A stretch of 64,000 nt of DNA from Octopus bimaculoides (taxonomy: Eukaryota). Position 1 is the stretch's first letter. Each line of letters starts with the position of its first letter. The notes under the pieces were generated by a model, which ran no database searches, was not told the DNA's origin, and saw nothing but the letters and a program-made list of their open reading frames with translations. The translations under genes and the position numbers were made by a program. Positions 1 to 12,214 of this stretch are shown piece after piece. The stretch spans positions 77,327,748-77,391,747 of the forward strand of contig NC_068988.1 of the NCBI RefSeq assembly GCF_001194135.2, given 5' to 3'.

Positions 1-61
1 TCTGCCTATCTGTAACCAGGTTTGCTATCATTATAAATATGCTGTATATATATTTGTGTAT

Positions 62-64
<3 letters not shown>

Positions 65-92
<28 letters not shown>

Positions 93-609
93 NNNNNNNN
101 NNNNNNNNNNNNNNNNNNNNNNNNNNNNNNNNNNNNNNNNNNNNNNNNNNNNNNNNNNNNNNNNNNNNNNNNNNNNNNNNNNNNNNNNNNNNNNNNNNNN
201 NNNNNNNNNNNNNNNNNNNNNNNNNNNNNNNNNNNNNNNNNNNNNNNNNNNNNNNNNNNNNNNNNNNNNNNNNNNNNNNNNNNNNNNNNNNNNNNNNNNN
301 NNNNNNNNNNNNNNNNNNNNNNNNNNNNNNNNNNNNNNNNNNNNNNNNNNNNNNNNNNNNNNNNNNNNNNNNNNNNNNNNNNNNNNNNNNNNNNNNNNNN
401 NNNNNNNNNNNNNNNNNNNNNNNNNNNNNNNNNNNNNNNNNNNNNNNNNNNNNNNNNNNNNNNNNNNNNNNNNNNNNNNNNNNNNNNNNNNNNNNNNNNN
501 NNNNNNNNNNNNNNNNNNNNNNNNNNNNNNNNNNNNNNNNNNNNNNNNNNNNNNNNNNNNNNNNNNNNNNNNNNNNNNNNNNNNNNNNNNNNNNNNNNNN
601 NNNNNNNNN

Positions 610-651
<42 letters not shown>
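65..651. repeat. (TA)n microsatellite, N-gap (93-609), (GA)n microsatellite
   Basis: Directly visible; the ORFs across it are X-filled artefacts. Confidence 0.95.
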
Positions 652-655
<4 letters not shown>

Positions 656-1959
656 ACAAAATGAGATAAAAAATCACAATATTTCTTTCTGTAATAGCTT
701 CACTCACAGACAAAAATAGTATTTGTGTTACTGTAGAATTTCTACCTTTTGTTTTTATAATTTGCTTAAATTTATTCCATTTTATCTCATATTATATTGC
801 AATATATTTTACAGCCATCATGCATTTGACATTCAACACTGCATTTTATTTGCAAATGGCTGAAGGAAAATAAAGATTTTGCCTTTATGCTCCGATAAAG
901 GAAAGACAGAAACCAAAATACAAAACAAGAAAATCTAGAATTGGTTGCATTTAATGGAAGACCTATGCTGGAATCATTCCAGATGATTCCATCATTTGAT
1001 GGGCTTTTGATTTCTATTGGCTAACTTAGCCATTAGACATTAGACATTAACCCTTTTAAACATTATTCTCGTTATTTTGTCTTTGGTGTTTAATGACAAG
1101 ATGTGTGTGTTTGTTGGAGGGAAAAAAAGACATGAAAGTTAGAGCTAACAATCAAGCAAAACCTATAAAGCAAAACAAGATAAACCTCTAAATGAAATCA
1201 ATGACAAAAAACAAATATATGGAGAGTGCCAAGAAGAAGTTGGTAAATTCTATATATAAAGGGATGGTTTTCAAAATTATAGTATTGGTGCATTTGAAGT
1301 CTATTGGAGATTACATTAAATGCTTCACTGCTGGATACTGCTGCCAGTTAATTATCCTGGTATTTTCTTTGGAAATCTTTAGAAACATACTGCACCATGA
1401 AAAGAGATTCTGTTTCTGTTTTCTGACATATGGTGGTGTATACTGAAAGAGGAGAACTGACATAGTATGTTTATTGTCATATATAGTCTAACAATAGGTG
1501 TGTTTAAATAGAATTATGAGTATCTCTCCATACAGACACACACACACACATATGTACAAACACATATACCTGTATATATACATACATATGAATGCACTCA
1601 CACACATATCGCTGGTAGTGGGGATAGTCACTGTTACCTCTAGCGGTTGAGCATCCATCATTGACAAGACCAAGGAAGGTTGAAATCATGTGATCTGGTG
1701 GTCTCAGGGCTGAAGGTGCCAGGGATTTAACTCCATGCTAGCTGAAGGCGGTGCTCCAGCATGGCCGCAGTCAATTGACTGAAACAAGTAAAAGAGTACA
1801 TAAAGAAGAGTGAATTTTGCACCAAAAAAGCAATATGAGAGTTCCTCTCATGGTCTCTACTGCAATATTTTTTTTTTACAGAAAATCTATGTTTAAGTGG
1901 AGTTAAATATTACCTCTTGTATTAATATTGCCATTGTCACTAATAAATACATACATATA

Positions 1960-2200
1960 TAGGGTGTGGTGAATATATTATGCAAAAATGTCTTAATTAT
2001 GCATGCAAAAAAGGAAATAATGACATCTCATATTAATAGATATATTTACCAAAATTGCATAGAAATATCTTGAAATATTAAAGAATAAATTTATTCAATA
2101 AAATTGCCATTGGCTTCAACCATGGCCTCCAGGTCAAAATTTCTGGCAGAATGAATTGCACCATGGTGCTGTTTTTCTCACAGATGGTACCCAACTGAGC
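1960..2200 (-). mobile_element. Tc1/mariner (maT-like) internally deleted relic
   Basis: Minus strand reads LEAMVEANGNFIE*, resembling a maT transposase C-terminus; TIR-like agggtgtggtgaat at about 1961. Confidence 0.35.
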
Positions 2201-2396
2201 CTACTATACTAAACAAACAATGCACATGTACAACATTAAAAATATAAGATGGCGACAATTCACCCATCAGCCCCTGTATATATACACACACACATACACA
2301 CTGTGTTCTTTGCTACATTGGTTTCTATTAACCCATTTATTCTATCCGAAGAATTTTTATTCATTAAGATAGAAGAAATACATATAATTAAATATA

Positions 2397-2430
<34 letters not shown>

Positions 2431-2432
2431 AA

Positions 2433-3192
2433 TCATCATCATCATCGTTTAACGTCCTCTTTCCATGCTAGCATGGGTTAGACGATTTGACTGAAGACTG
2501 GTGAACCGGATGGCTGCACCAGGCTCCAATCTGATCTGGCAGAGTTTCTACAGCTGGATGCCCTTCCTAACGCCAACCACTCCGAGAGTGTAGTGGGTGC
2601 TTTTACATGCCACTGGCACATGAGCCAGTCAAGAGGTACTGCCAATGGCCATGCTCAAAATGGTGTTTTTTACGTGCCACCTGCACAGTAGCCATTCCAG
2701 TGGCACTGGCAACAACCTCGCTCAGATGATTTTCTAACCTGCCACCGTCACAAGTGCCAGTAACGATCATGCTCAAATGGTGCTATCTACGTGCCACTGG
2801 CACAGAAGCCAGACTGCTGCTCTGGCAATGATCATGCTTGGACAGTGCTCTTAGCGCTCCACTGGCACAGGTGCCAGTCATCAAACTTGGTTCAATCACG
2901 ATTTCGATTTCACTTGCCCCAACAGGTCTTCGCAAGCCGAGTTTAGTGTCCAATGAAGGAGAGGTTGGCATGGGTGCCAGCTGTCGAATTTGGATCAATT
3001 TCATTTGCCTCAACAGGTCGTCGCAAACAGAGTTTAGTGTCCAATGAAGGAAAGGTATGCATAAGCAGGCTGGCTACACTCCTGGCAGAGGCCTCGGATT
3101 ATGGTCTCACTTGGCTTGCCAGGTCTTCTCATGCACTGCATATTTCCAAAGGTCTCGGTCACTAGTCATTGCCTCGGTGAGGCCCAATGTTC
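2433..3192 (-). mobile_element. 5'-truncated RTE-family 3' UTR / RTE-dependent SINE-like repeat with (GAT)n tail
   Basis: (ATC)n tail at 2433; homologous to the RTE 3' ends at 13215-13550 and 51130-51770, including ggaagggcatccagc. Confidence 0.7.
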
Positions 3193-3591
3193 GAAATGAA
3201 ATTTCTGTAAATTTTCTGTATCTTTGTGCAGCTGAAGATTGCTCTGCATTTTACATTTAATGTAATGCTCATACTGCTTAAATAAATGGAGTCGCAGGAA
3301 ACGATCATACTGCATTAACCTTGAATATCCTTGTCGCTTATTTTGATTTTAAACACCTTATTTTCGAATTGTTTGGATAATACCATACTTAATTCTGGTG
3401 CCTAAACTTAAGTACCATATTCACCTGAATCTATCTATCTATCTATATATATATATATCCATATACACATATACTTTGAAATGCATGTNNNNNNNNNNNN
3501 NNNNNNNNNNNNNNNNNNNNNNNNNTATATATATATATATCATCATCATCATCATCATCGTTAAACGATGATGATGATGATGATGATATAT

Positions 3592-3800
3592 ATACTCTTT
3601 ACTTGTTTCAGTCATTTGACTGCAGCCATGCTGGAGCACCACCTTTAGTCGAAGAAATCAACCCCAGCACTTATTCTTTGTAAGCCTAGTACTTATTCTA
3701 TCAGTCTCTTTTGCTGAACCACTAGGTTATGGGGATGCAAACACACCAGCATTGGTTGTCAAGCAATGCTGGGGGACAAACACAGACACACAAACACACA
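3592..3800 (-). mobile_element. tRNA-like SINE, 3' half
   Basis: Reverse complement of the tail ggtgctccagcatgg..gcagtcaaatgactgaaacaagtaaa, shared with the copies at 50077 and 56774. Confidence 0.8.
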
Positions 3801-3904
3801 CATACATTTTCAAAGGCATGAAACTAATGGGCAAAAACAGAAATAGTAACTTATGAGATGTTCCAGACTGCTTATGAGTTAATTTGTATGAGCAAGCATC
3901 TGTT

Positions 3905-4819
3905 TTTCACAGGTACAAGGGATTCAAGGATGGTAGAGAGGAGGCATGAGATGATGAGAGGATGGGAGGAAGAAGAACATCAGAATATCAGAGCTGGTTA
4001 AGAAAATTTACAATTTTCTGGATGAAATTCTGTCATGTGTCTGTAGAGACAAAAAGCATCCAGCTTGGATTTTATGTTGTGCAAAATTTGTTCCTAGACT
4101 GCTCAGCAGCAAACAGAAGGAAATATGCATTAGTGACAACCAGGAGATGGTCTAGCTCGTTTGCTCTAATCCAATAGCCTCTGGTAACCTGTGACAAAAG
4201 CTGTATCCACAGTTATGATCCAGAGACCAATGGAGGTATCCTGGCTCACCCAGACCCAAGAATGCCAGGCAAAGCTAGTCTATTGGGAAGCTTATGATGA
4301 TCCCTTTTTCAGCAGCAAAAGCTTATCTACATTCATTGGGTTCCCTCCGGCTACACAGTCATCAAAGTACTTTGTTGAGGTTTTGAGGGTGTTTAGGAAA
4401 AGGTTTCATTGCAAAAAGCTAGACCTCTTTTATACAGCTCAGTGGCACCTGCATCAGGACAATATGCTAGTTCACAATTCCATCCTGGTAACTAACTACT
4501 TGACAAAGATGGAATCAGAACTATCTTTCACCCTCTCTGCAGTCCAGAACTTGCTCCCTGTGACTTCTGGTCTTTTTCCAAACTGAAGGAGAACCGCAAG
4601 AGCAGCCTAAAGATATTGAGAAGATGAAAGAGGCTGTGATGAGGGTCCTGGATACCTTCACTTTGGAGGACTTCCATGGGAGCCTTCATGAAGTGATTGG
4701 CAAGCTAAAAATGCATTGAAGTCAGAGGCTTCTACTTTGAAGGAGGTTAGAGTTTTATATGTCCTTAAAATTAATGTTTCTCCTGAAAATATCTCCAAAC
4801 TTCTGGAATTCACCTTGTA
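3905..4819 (+). mobile_element. Mariner transposase pseudogene, 5'-truncated, with 3' TIR and terminal TA
   Basis: Frameshifted motifs TCDKSC (TCDESW-like), WHLHQDNMLVHNSILVTNYLTKM and SPELAPCDF (YSPDLAPxD-like); ends ...aattcaccttgTA. Confidence 0.85.
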
Positions 4820-6221
4820 CATGTGTGCGTGTGTATGTGTGTATATTTATATTTATATATACATATGCATGCATGTGTGCATGCACACACACACTTTCTG
4901 AATGTCGGTTGGTCTTGATGGACTCTAGACACAGAGGTCTTGAGATCATGAATATTGAATCAATGACGCACAAGCGCTATTCACATTGAATATATACATG
5001 CGCATATCTATATACATACATATATACATGCATGCACGCATATACATACATACATACATACATACACACATTCATGCATGCATGCATACATCCATGCATA
5101 CATCCATACATACATCCATACATACATACATGATGGTAGCAGTTGACTCATGACCAAGTTTGACCACTTCTCAAGAAGTTCTAATGCATGAATTTTTTTG
5201 AGTAGATAAAGTGTTGCAAAGCACTGAGCCCACTTTTCACTGCCATCAGCTATAAAACCAGAGGCACAGCAGCAAAGATTTAGATACCCAAAAAACAAAT
5301 TCACTTTTAGCTGGGACCCTGACAGAGTAGACTTTGGAAAAAATAGTGGCTAAGAGGTGGTTCCACACTCCTCAAAACTGTAGAACCCCCAAAGAAGTGC
5401 CCCACAACTGGATGCAGTTTAAAGTCATACTCAGGACATAAATGTGTGTGTTGGTGTGTGTGTTTTTCATGCATATGTGCACAGAAATGTAGATTTTAGG
5501 TGAATATGTATTGGTAAAGAGTATAAAATCAATGAGAAAACTTCAGCAAAAGGTCTCTTGTAACAATTGGTTCTACACCAAATAGAGGACACTCTCTTGC
5601 CACTCTTGGTATGAGAAACACAAGAGAAATAGTGCTTAGTACTTTACAAAACCTGTAACAAACAACAATATATGTCACAAAATTCAATATTAAAACAAAA
5701 CATATATCAATAAAAAATATAGAACTGTTTCAGAGGAAGAAAATGAAGCAATAAAAGCTATGGTCTTGAAGAAATGTAATTCTTTTGTCTTCATTGCAAT
5801 ACAAATATTCACACCAAATAGATGTGTTAGGGGAAAAATCCAATTTTCTTAGCAATATATTTCTATCTAATCTTGTATATTTCTCACATGATTATAAAAC
5901 AGCACAGACACATGCAACACACAGACACATGCAACACACAAACACCACCATACATACACACATATGTATATACACGGAAGCACATTAACATATGTATGTA
6001 CATGCACATATACATAAATATTCCACAAGAATATGCGTGAGAGTGTGTGTATATGTTTGTGCATACCTGTATATGTGCAAACACACTTATATATGTTTCT
6101 CTGTAAACATACATGCACACATACACGGGTGTATGTGTGTATATTTATATATATATACATATGTATACATGTGTAAATATATGTACATGTATTTATATAT
6201 ATATAAATATATATGTATATA

Positions 6222-6284
<63 letters not shown>

Positions 6285-6489
6285 NNNNNNNNNNATATAT
6301 ATATACATGTGTGTGTGTGTGTGTGTGTGTAAGTGTATATATATATGTTTGCATATATATGTATATATATATATATATATGTATATTAACAGTAATGGCA
6401 TGACAACAAAAGAATGAATGAGACCACAATATTATGTAAATAGAGGAATTTTTCTGTAATATAATATGTGACAATTATTCGGTTGCCAT

Positions 6490-6550
6490 AATAAAACTCC
6501 AAGTTTCGGATGTCAGGGCAGAAATCTGCTCTGGCATCTCGTCAGTTATT
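6490..6550 (-). ncRNA. Type I hammerhead ribozyme, intact core, long stem II, GUU triplet
   Basis: Minus strand: AATAA-CTGACGA-GATGCCAGAGCAG-ATTT-CTGCCCTGACATC-C-GAAAC-TTGGA-GTT-TTATT; stem I AATAA/TTATT and stem III ACT/AGT pair. Confidence 0.75.
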
Positions 6551-6584
6551 AAGACATCATTTTCATAGCATATTTTGATGTCTT

Positions 6585-6645
6585 AATAACTGAAGAGATG
6601 CTGGAGCAGGTTTCCACCCCAACATCCGAAACTCAGAATTTTATT
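6585..6645 (+). ncRNA. Type I hammerhead ribozyme copy with damaged stem III (AUU triplet)
   Basis: AATAA-CTGAAGA-GATG...CATC-C-GAAAC-TCAGA-ATT-TTATT; C15.2 faces A. Confidence 0.55.
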
Positions 6646-6663
6646 ATGGCAACCGAATAATTG

Positions 6664-6852
6664 CCGGGCGAAATGCTTAGCAGTATTTCATCTGCCACTA
6701 CATTCTGAGATCAAGTTCTGCTGAGGTCGACTTTGCCTTTCATCCTTTTGGGGTCGCTTAAATAAGTACTATTTATGCACTGGGATCGATTTAATCGACT
6801 ATCCTCCTCCCCCAAAAGTTCAGGCCTTGTGCCTATAGTAAGAAAGGATTAT
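6664..6852 (+). mobile_element. Second SINE family fragment with conserved central domain
   Basis: gactttgcctttcatccttttggggtcg..aaataagtac motif; a related minus-strand copy lies at about 58430-58500. Confidence 0.6.
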
Positions 6853-7339
6853 TTGATTAGAAAAAGAATTTAGTTTATTCAAAAAGTATTTTACTTGATT
6901 AGCAGTAATTTTAATGTTTGGTGTTTATTTTAATTTGCTTAAAGAATGTTTTAATTTGTACTTGAAAAAAGAGTATAAAAGAAAGTCAAAGAAGCTGAAA
7001 GAGCCGTTGACCAGATAAAGGATCGATAAAGAACTAAGGAACACTTCTGTTAACAAGGAAGAGGATGAATTAAATTTACTTTATAGAGAATCATTGGGAG
7101 CTTTTGAAATACAGCCTGCTATATAAGGGTCAAGATTCTAGCTAGATGAAAGGGGAGTTGATGGCAGAATGGTAGAAAATATAAAGCAATAAAATCTAAG
7201 ACATATATGTAAAGAATTATATCTAGTATCTAGAACTAGATATCAAGTATGGATATCAATGAGAGAAACTGAAAGTTAGTGCTTTATTTATTTTTATTTA
7301 CTTTTATTTATTTATTTATTCATTTGAGATGATTTCTTT

Positions 7340-7885
7340 TTACTTGCTGGGAGAGAAACCCATGATTCTTGCAAGCTGTACTAGATTGGAGGACAAGGGT
7401 ATGAAAGCATCAAAACAATTATAGCACAACTGCAAAGGTATCGAACTAATGAATCAGGTTATGAAAATAACAAAAAGATTAAAATACAACTGACTTTCAA
7501 AAAAATTAACTTAGATAAGATGCAGTCCAGGTTTGGGCAGGGAAACTGTCTTCCTAGTGAGACAACCACTAAAGTAATTCTCAGCCAAGGTTCTTATACT
7601 TAGCATTTGTTGGCTAAAAGAAGGCCTTTGACAGAGTCTTACACTCTGTCGTGTGGTAATCACTATGGAAACTAGGTTTAGATTAATGATTAGTGAGAGC
7701 TACATACAGAGATGATGTCAGCAAGGTAAGAGTTGGTAATGAGTTCAGTGAAGAATTTAATGTGCAGGTAGGTGTCTTTCAGAGCTTGGTTCTAAAGTTC
7801 TTTTGGATATACCAAAGGATTTTAAGACTGTTTATCAGTAAAAATTCCTGTTTGCTGATGACCTAGTTCTTATAGCTTAATTTGT
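7340..7885 (+). mobile_element. Degraded RTE reverse transcriptase fragment
   Basis: Broken frames give KAFDRV, KVRVGNEFSEEFNVQVGV and FLFADDLVLIA. Confidence 0.7.
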
Positions 7886-8346
7886 GGAAGAATTACAGAA
7901 AGAATTCCAGTATATTTATGGCAGATATTTGTTAACCTCAGAAGACATAAAATAAAATGAACTCCAGCAGAATTTGAATTCACATTCTAAAAGAATGTAA
8001 CCCTCTTAAATATGAGATCTCCTGTCTCTGTCTTTCTCTCATACTCTCACAGATTATCATGATAGATATTACAATTCACAATACTTGAAATTCATTTATT
8101 TTTCTAACATTTCCAAGCATATAAATGATATTCTAGCATGATCTTAGTCATGGTAACAACAAAATAACAAAAAAAAACCAAAACAATTTAAGGCCACCCA
8201 AATAACAGTGCATGCAACACACACACACACACACACACACAACAATAGCTGTGTTTTGTGTGTATCATTACCTGAATCATATTTGGTATACTTTTATCTG
8301 ATTTTCATGTAAGATCAACTATCTGTATCTATTTCTATGGCTAAAT

Positions 8347-8440
<94 letters not shown>

Positions 8441-9306
8441 TAATGTGCAGATGTGAATGTATACATGAATATATATGAGAATTATTCTATAATATTTCTA
8501 GAAACCTTTAAAGGTAAAAAAAAGACGGTAAAGCAAATGCCATGAGATTCCCATCTCAGATTTGTCTCTTTCCTTCCTAATACCAAGAGTTTACTATTTC
8601 AGTATAAGCCATATGTCTTCATGCTGCTAGCTAGCTCTGTTTGCAAGGTGTTCAAGTGTCCTCTGGACTGATATTTATATACAACATGAATCAGTGATTT
8701 ATACAGAAATAAAATCTGATTTTACACCTTGCCTTGTGATGTTTCTGTGTTGCTTCAAACTAAACTATTACTGTGTCAGTATTTGTTTGAATGTAAAATC
8801 TAGCCATAATCTCTGTATCATAATAATATAGTTTACATGTACAAGATATATAATGTAACCTTCTATAAATCTGTTCCACATCAAAGAATTACTAGGTAGT
8901 GGTCTCAACAAAACTACAATTTCACATGCCATACATCAAATTCTTATTGTCTATTGTTTCAACAACTAAATCATATTGTATTCTTTTAGACTTTTATTCT
9001 CTTCTTCCTTCAGTCATTATACTGTGGCCATGTTGGAGTACTCGCCTCAAGGCTTTTAGTCAATTAAATCAACCCAATACTTTGTATGACGATATTTATT
9101 ATATCAACCTCAGAAAAAGAAAGAAGACTAAGAAAACTGTGCATAGATGGATATAACTGAGATGGAACAAAATGCACTTATAATCTTTTCATTGAGTTCC
9201 TGCAGGAAATTCAATGAGAAGTTTACAGATGTGTAATGAAAATTTTTGATATATAATAATATGTTAAAAGAGATGTTGTACTTAGGAATGTTTATTCTCT
9301 CAATAA

Positions 9307-9338
<32 letters not shown>

Positions 9339-9731
9339 ATGAGCGCACACACATGAAATAGTTGTAGCTTCTTTGTTAATTGATTTGTTAATTTCTTTCG
9401 GTATATATCTGTAAACTTCTTTTTGTATTCCCTCCAGGAAACTCAATGAAAAGGATATAGATGTATTTCAGTCTTTCCTTTCACACTTGGTTGACTTGGT
9501 CTTTCTCCCTCCTCTGATATTTCCGAGACCAAGTATTGGGTTGTTATAATTATTTAAAGCTTCGAGAATAGTGCCACAGCATGGTCAATGTCTAATGACT
9601 GAAACTAGTAACAGAATAAAGGATGAAAAGAATACAATAGGATTGGGTTGTTGATGCAAAAGACAATAAGAATTTAAAGTATGGTATGTAAAATACATCA
9701 AGTAATTATACACACACAGACACACACACAC

Positions 9732-9767
<36 letters not shown>

Positions 9768-10009
9768 GGGAGAGAGAGACAGACTGACAGATGTCTATTC
9801 TTTCCCCACCCAGTTCAACCTTTTGTATCACTTCACCCATATTCTCTCCCACTGTGTCTTGAGAGTATGTGCTGACACATATCCATCTCCTTTTCTCCCA
9901 ATCTCCATCTCTATCCTTTCTCTCTAAGTTTCCTTCTCCTTTCTTCTCCAACTGGGATATCCTTGTATCTCTTCTATGGCAAGACAGCTATCTCTATTCT
10001 TTTAACTTC

Positions 10010-10270
10010 TCATCAGCTGGCACATTCCTCAATACTATTTACCCCACTCAAGGGGACTCTGTCCTGTCTTGCAAGTTACTTGGTGACCCCACCAATGCTA
10101 GCACAATGAAAAAAGCACCCAATATACTCTGTAAAGTGGTTGGCATTAGGAAGAGCAAACAACCATAGAAACCATGCCAAAACAGACAATAGTACTTGGC
10201 ATTGCCCTCTGGCTTGTCAACTCCTGTCAAACTATGTCAGCATGGAGATCAAAAGTTAAATGATGATGAA
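10010..10270 (+). mobile_element. SINE-like repeat with (GAT) tail (shares the RTE 3'-UTR module)
   Basis: gtggttggcattaggaagagca..tagaaaccatgcc and gttaaatgatgatg tail. Confidence 0.55.
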
Positions 10271-11626
10271 TGAATTAGTTGCCAATAAGTCAGGATGAAA
10301 ACACATTCTAAATGAGAAATACAGGGGTTGCCCTACTGCAGACCTAATTAATACAGTCTCTTTCCACCAGCCTTGTATTTTTCTACTTGCTGTGTTTTAA
10401 AAAAAAAAACCTTGTAAAGAGTGTCAGTATGAGGAGAATTTTGAATGTATCCTCAAATAAAATGTTTTTAATGCAGCAGTCCTCTGTCACAACAATCCTC
10501 TTTTAGACCCCAAGAGAGACACAATGTAATGTTTAATAGCTACATATGGCAATTTAAAAAAGGAAGAAATTCCACCCAAAATCAATTGGAAACTGCTGGA
10601 ACAGTCTACACCATATATGAATGAAAATAGTTGTTTGGCTGTCCATCAGGATGTTTTCTTTTAAACTACAGCTTGTTTGCCAATATTTCAATCTATTTAC
10701 CATTTGTTATAATGGTATCAATTATTGCCCACATAATAATTTCAAATAGAAGTGCACAAAGAGTGTTCAGGCAAATATATAAAACCCTACGACTGATTAT
10801 TATTTAGTGACCTCAGAAAGGAGGATGGGTAAGCTCAACTTGGCATTCTTTGAACTCACAATGTAAAGTTATGCAACTAAAGATATGCAAAGTAACTGTC
10901 TACTGTTTTACTCACACTCTCAATCCATCTCTAAGTGTTATGTGGAAGCAGGCCAAATTAGGATTAACCTAGTTCTGGTAATACAGACTGGTGGTTGGTA
11001 GAAATTATACCATTCTCAGAACAACTATAACTGTAGCATTATCAATGGAACAAATTAAATATCAAGCTCATTTTAAGTAAATATTTATCCAGAAACATTT
11101 ACATTATCCAAAAGTAATATTTTATAGTTATTCATTCTTTTAACTTCCTCTTTATAGAAAATATATTTTAGAATCTTTAGATCTACAATGTTCAAATTGG
11201 TTTCATCTTTGGTGTCTGATTCTTTAGTTCATATATCCATACTGGTTTGAAAATTAAAAACCTTGTGTAGGGATTCAAAACCCAACCATGAAATAATCAG
11301 TTTGTAATCATGAACATGCCTCTACAGTTTCATAGGATTCATCTATAAATCAACCAATCTGCATGAAGCTGTGTTGTCATACAACATCTCAAATATTCTA
11401 AAATTCATGTCCTTTTACCTTAGTTAAACAGTTTGGCACCTAACACACAACAGACTACTTTGGGCACTCAAGTAAGGTAAACTGCAATTAGCTCTCACCC
11501 AAGACAGGTTACAAGATACCACAGCAAGCCTTCAACAAGACACAGCACAGTTCTCTTCCCCAAGCTTTAACAATGTCAGGTAGTTATTGTATCTGCATTT
11601 TTCTTTTCCAGATAGCTTATGTTTAA

Positions 11627-11840
11627 TCCTTTTGATACCAACCTGGCTAAAACCGCCTCTGGCTCTGTAGTGCAAATGTCATATTTTCAAAAGTTCAGAA
11701 TTAAAATCTTCCAACAAACCTTAGTCATAATGTATGTTCCTAACACTAGCATGATGATATCAAATTTTACTAAATTCTTTGTAATATTTAAAATTAATTG
11801 AAGCACAGAGTATTTCAACAGAAATATGGTAACAAAGGGG
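11627..11840. mobile_element. piggyBac-type MITE
   Basis: Flanked by TTAA at 11623-11626 and 11841-11844; imperfect TIRs tccttttgatacca / tggtaacaaagggg. Confidence 0.65.
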
Positions 11841-12214
11841 TTAAGCCAACACAGTAAATCTTTCTATCAATAAATACTATTGAACATTCATGAGTTTGCT
11901 TCATTTACAGTATATGCAGCCAGCCAGAACCACAATGGTCTTTAACAAGTACCACAGCAATAAGGGATAGGACAAAGTATTGAAGGTTGATCTCAAAGTG
12001 CTGAGCCTTACAAAAGAGGTGACAGAGAACTCAAGACATGTAACACATTGCTATGCTCAGGAAGTCCTGTTCACCACAGCAGAATAGATATCAAGATGTC
12101 ACATAAAAAGCATTGGTGTTGGTGCTACTGCTACATAAAAACACTGATACTGGTATCATGTAAAAAGCACAATTGCTGGTGCCACATAAAAACTACAGGT
12201 GTGGAAGCAGGGAC

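Larger units (their letters stand above)
6453..6663. mobile_element. Penelope-like terminal-repeat palindrome (arms 6472-6558 and 6577-6663) carrying two hammerhead motifs
   Basis: Arms are reverse-complementary; the terminus tctgtaa..tatgtgacaattattc matches the ends of the GIY-YIG element at 51955 and 53642. Confidence 0.75.

Noticed and set aside
31-719. Long ORFs over N runs (also 12790-13273, 16953-18034, 42766-43222, 48844-49328, 54017-54802)
   Set aside because: Open only because N and dinucleotide repeats contain no stop codons
5785-6474. Y/I/C/V/H/T-rich ORFs
   Set aside because: Translations of (TA), (CA) and (TG) microsatellites
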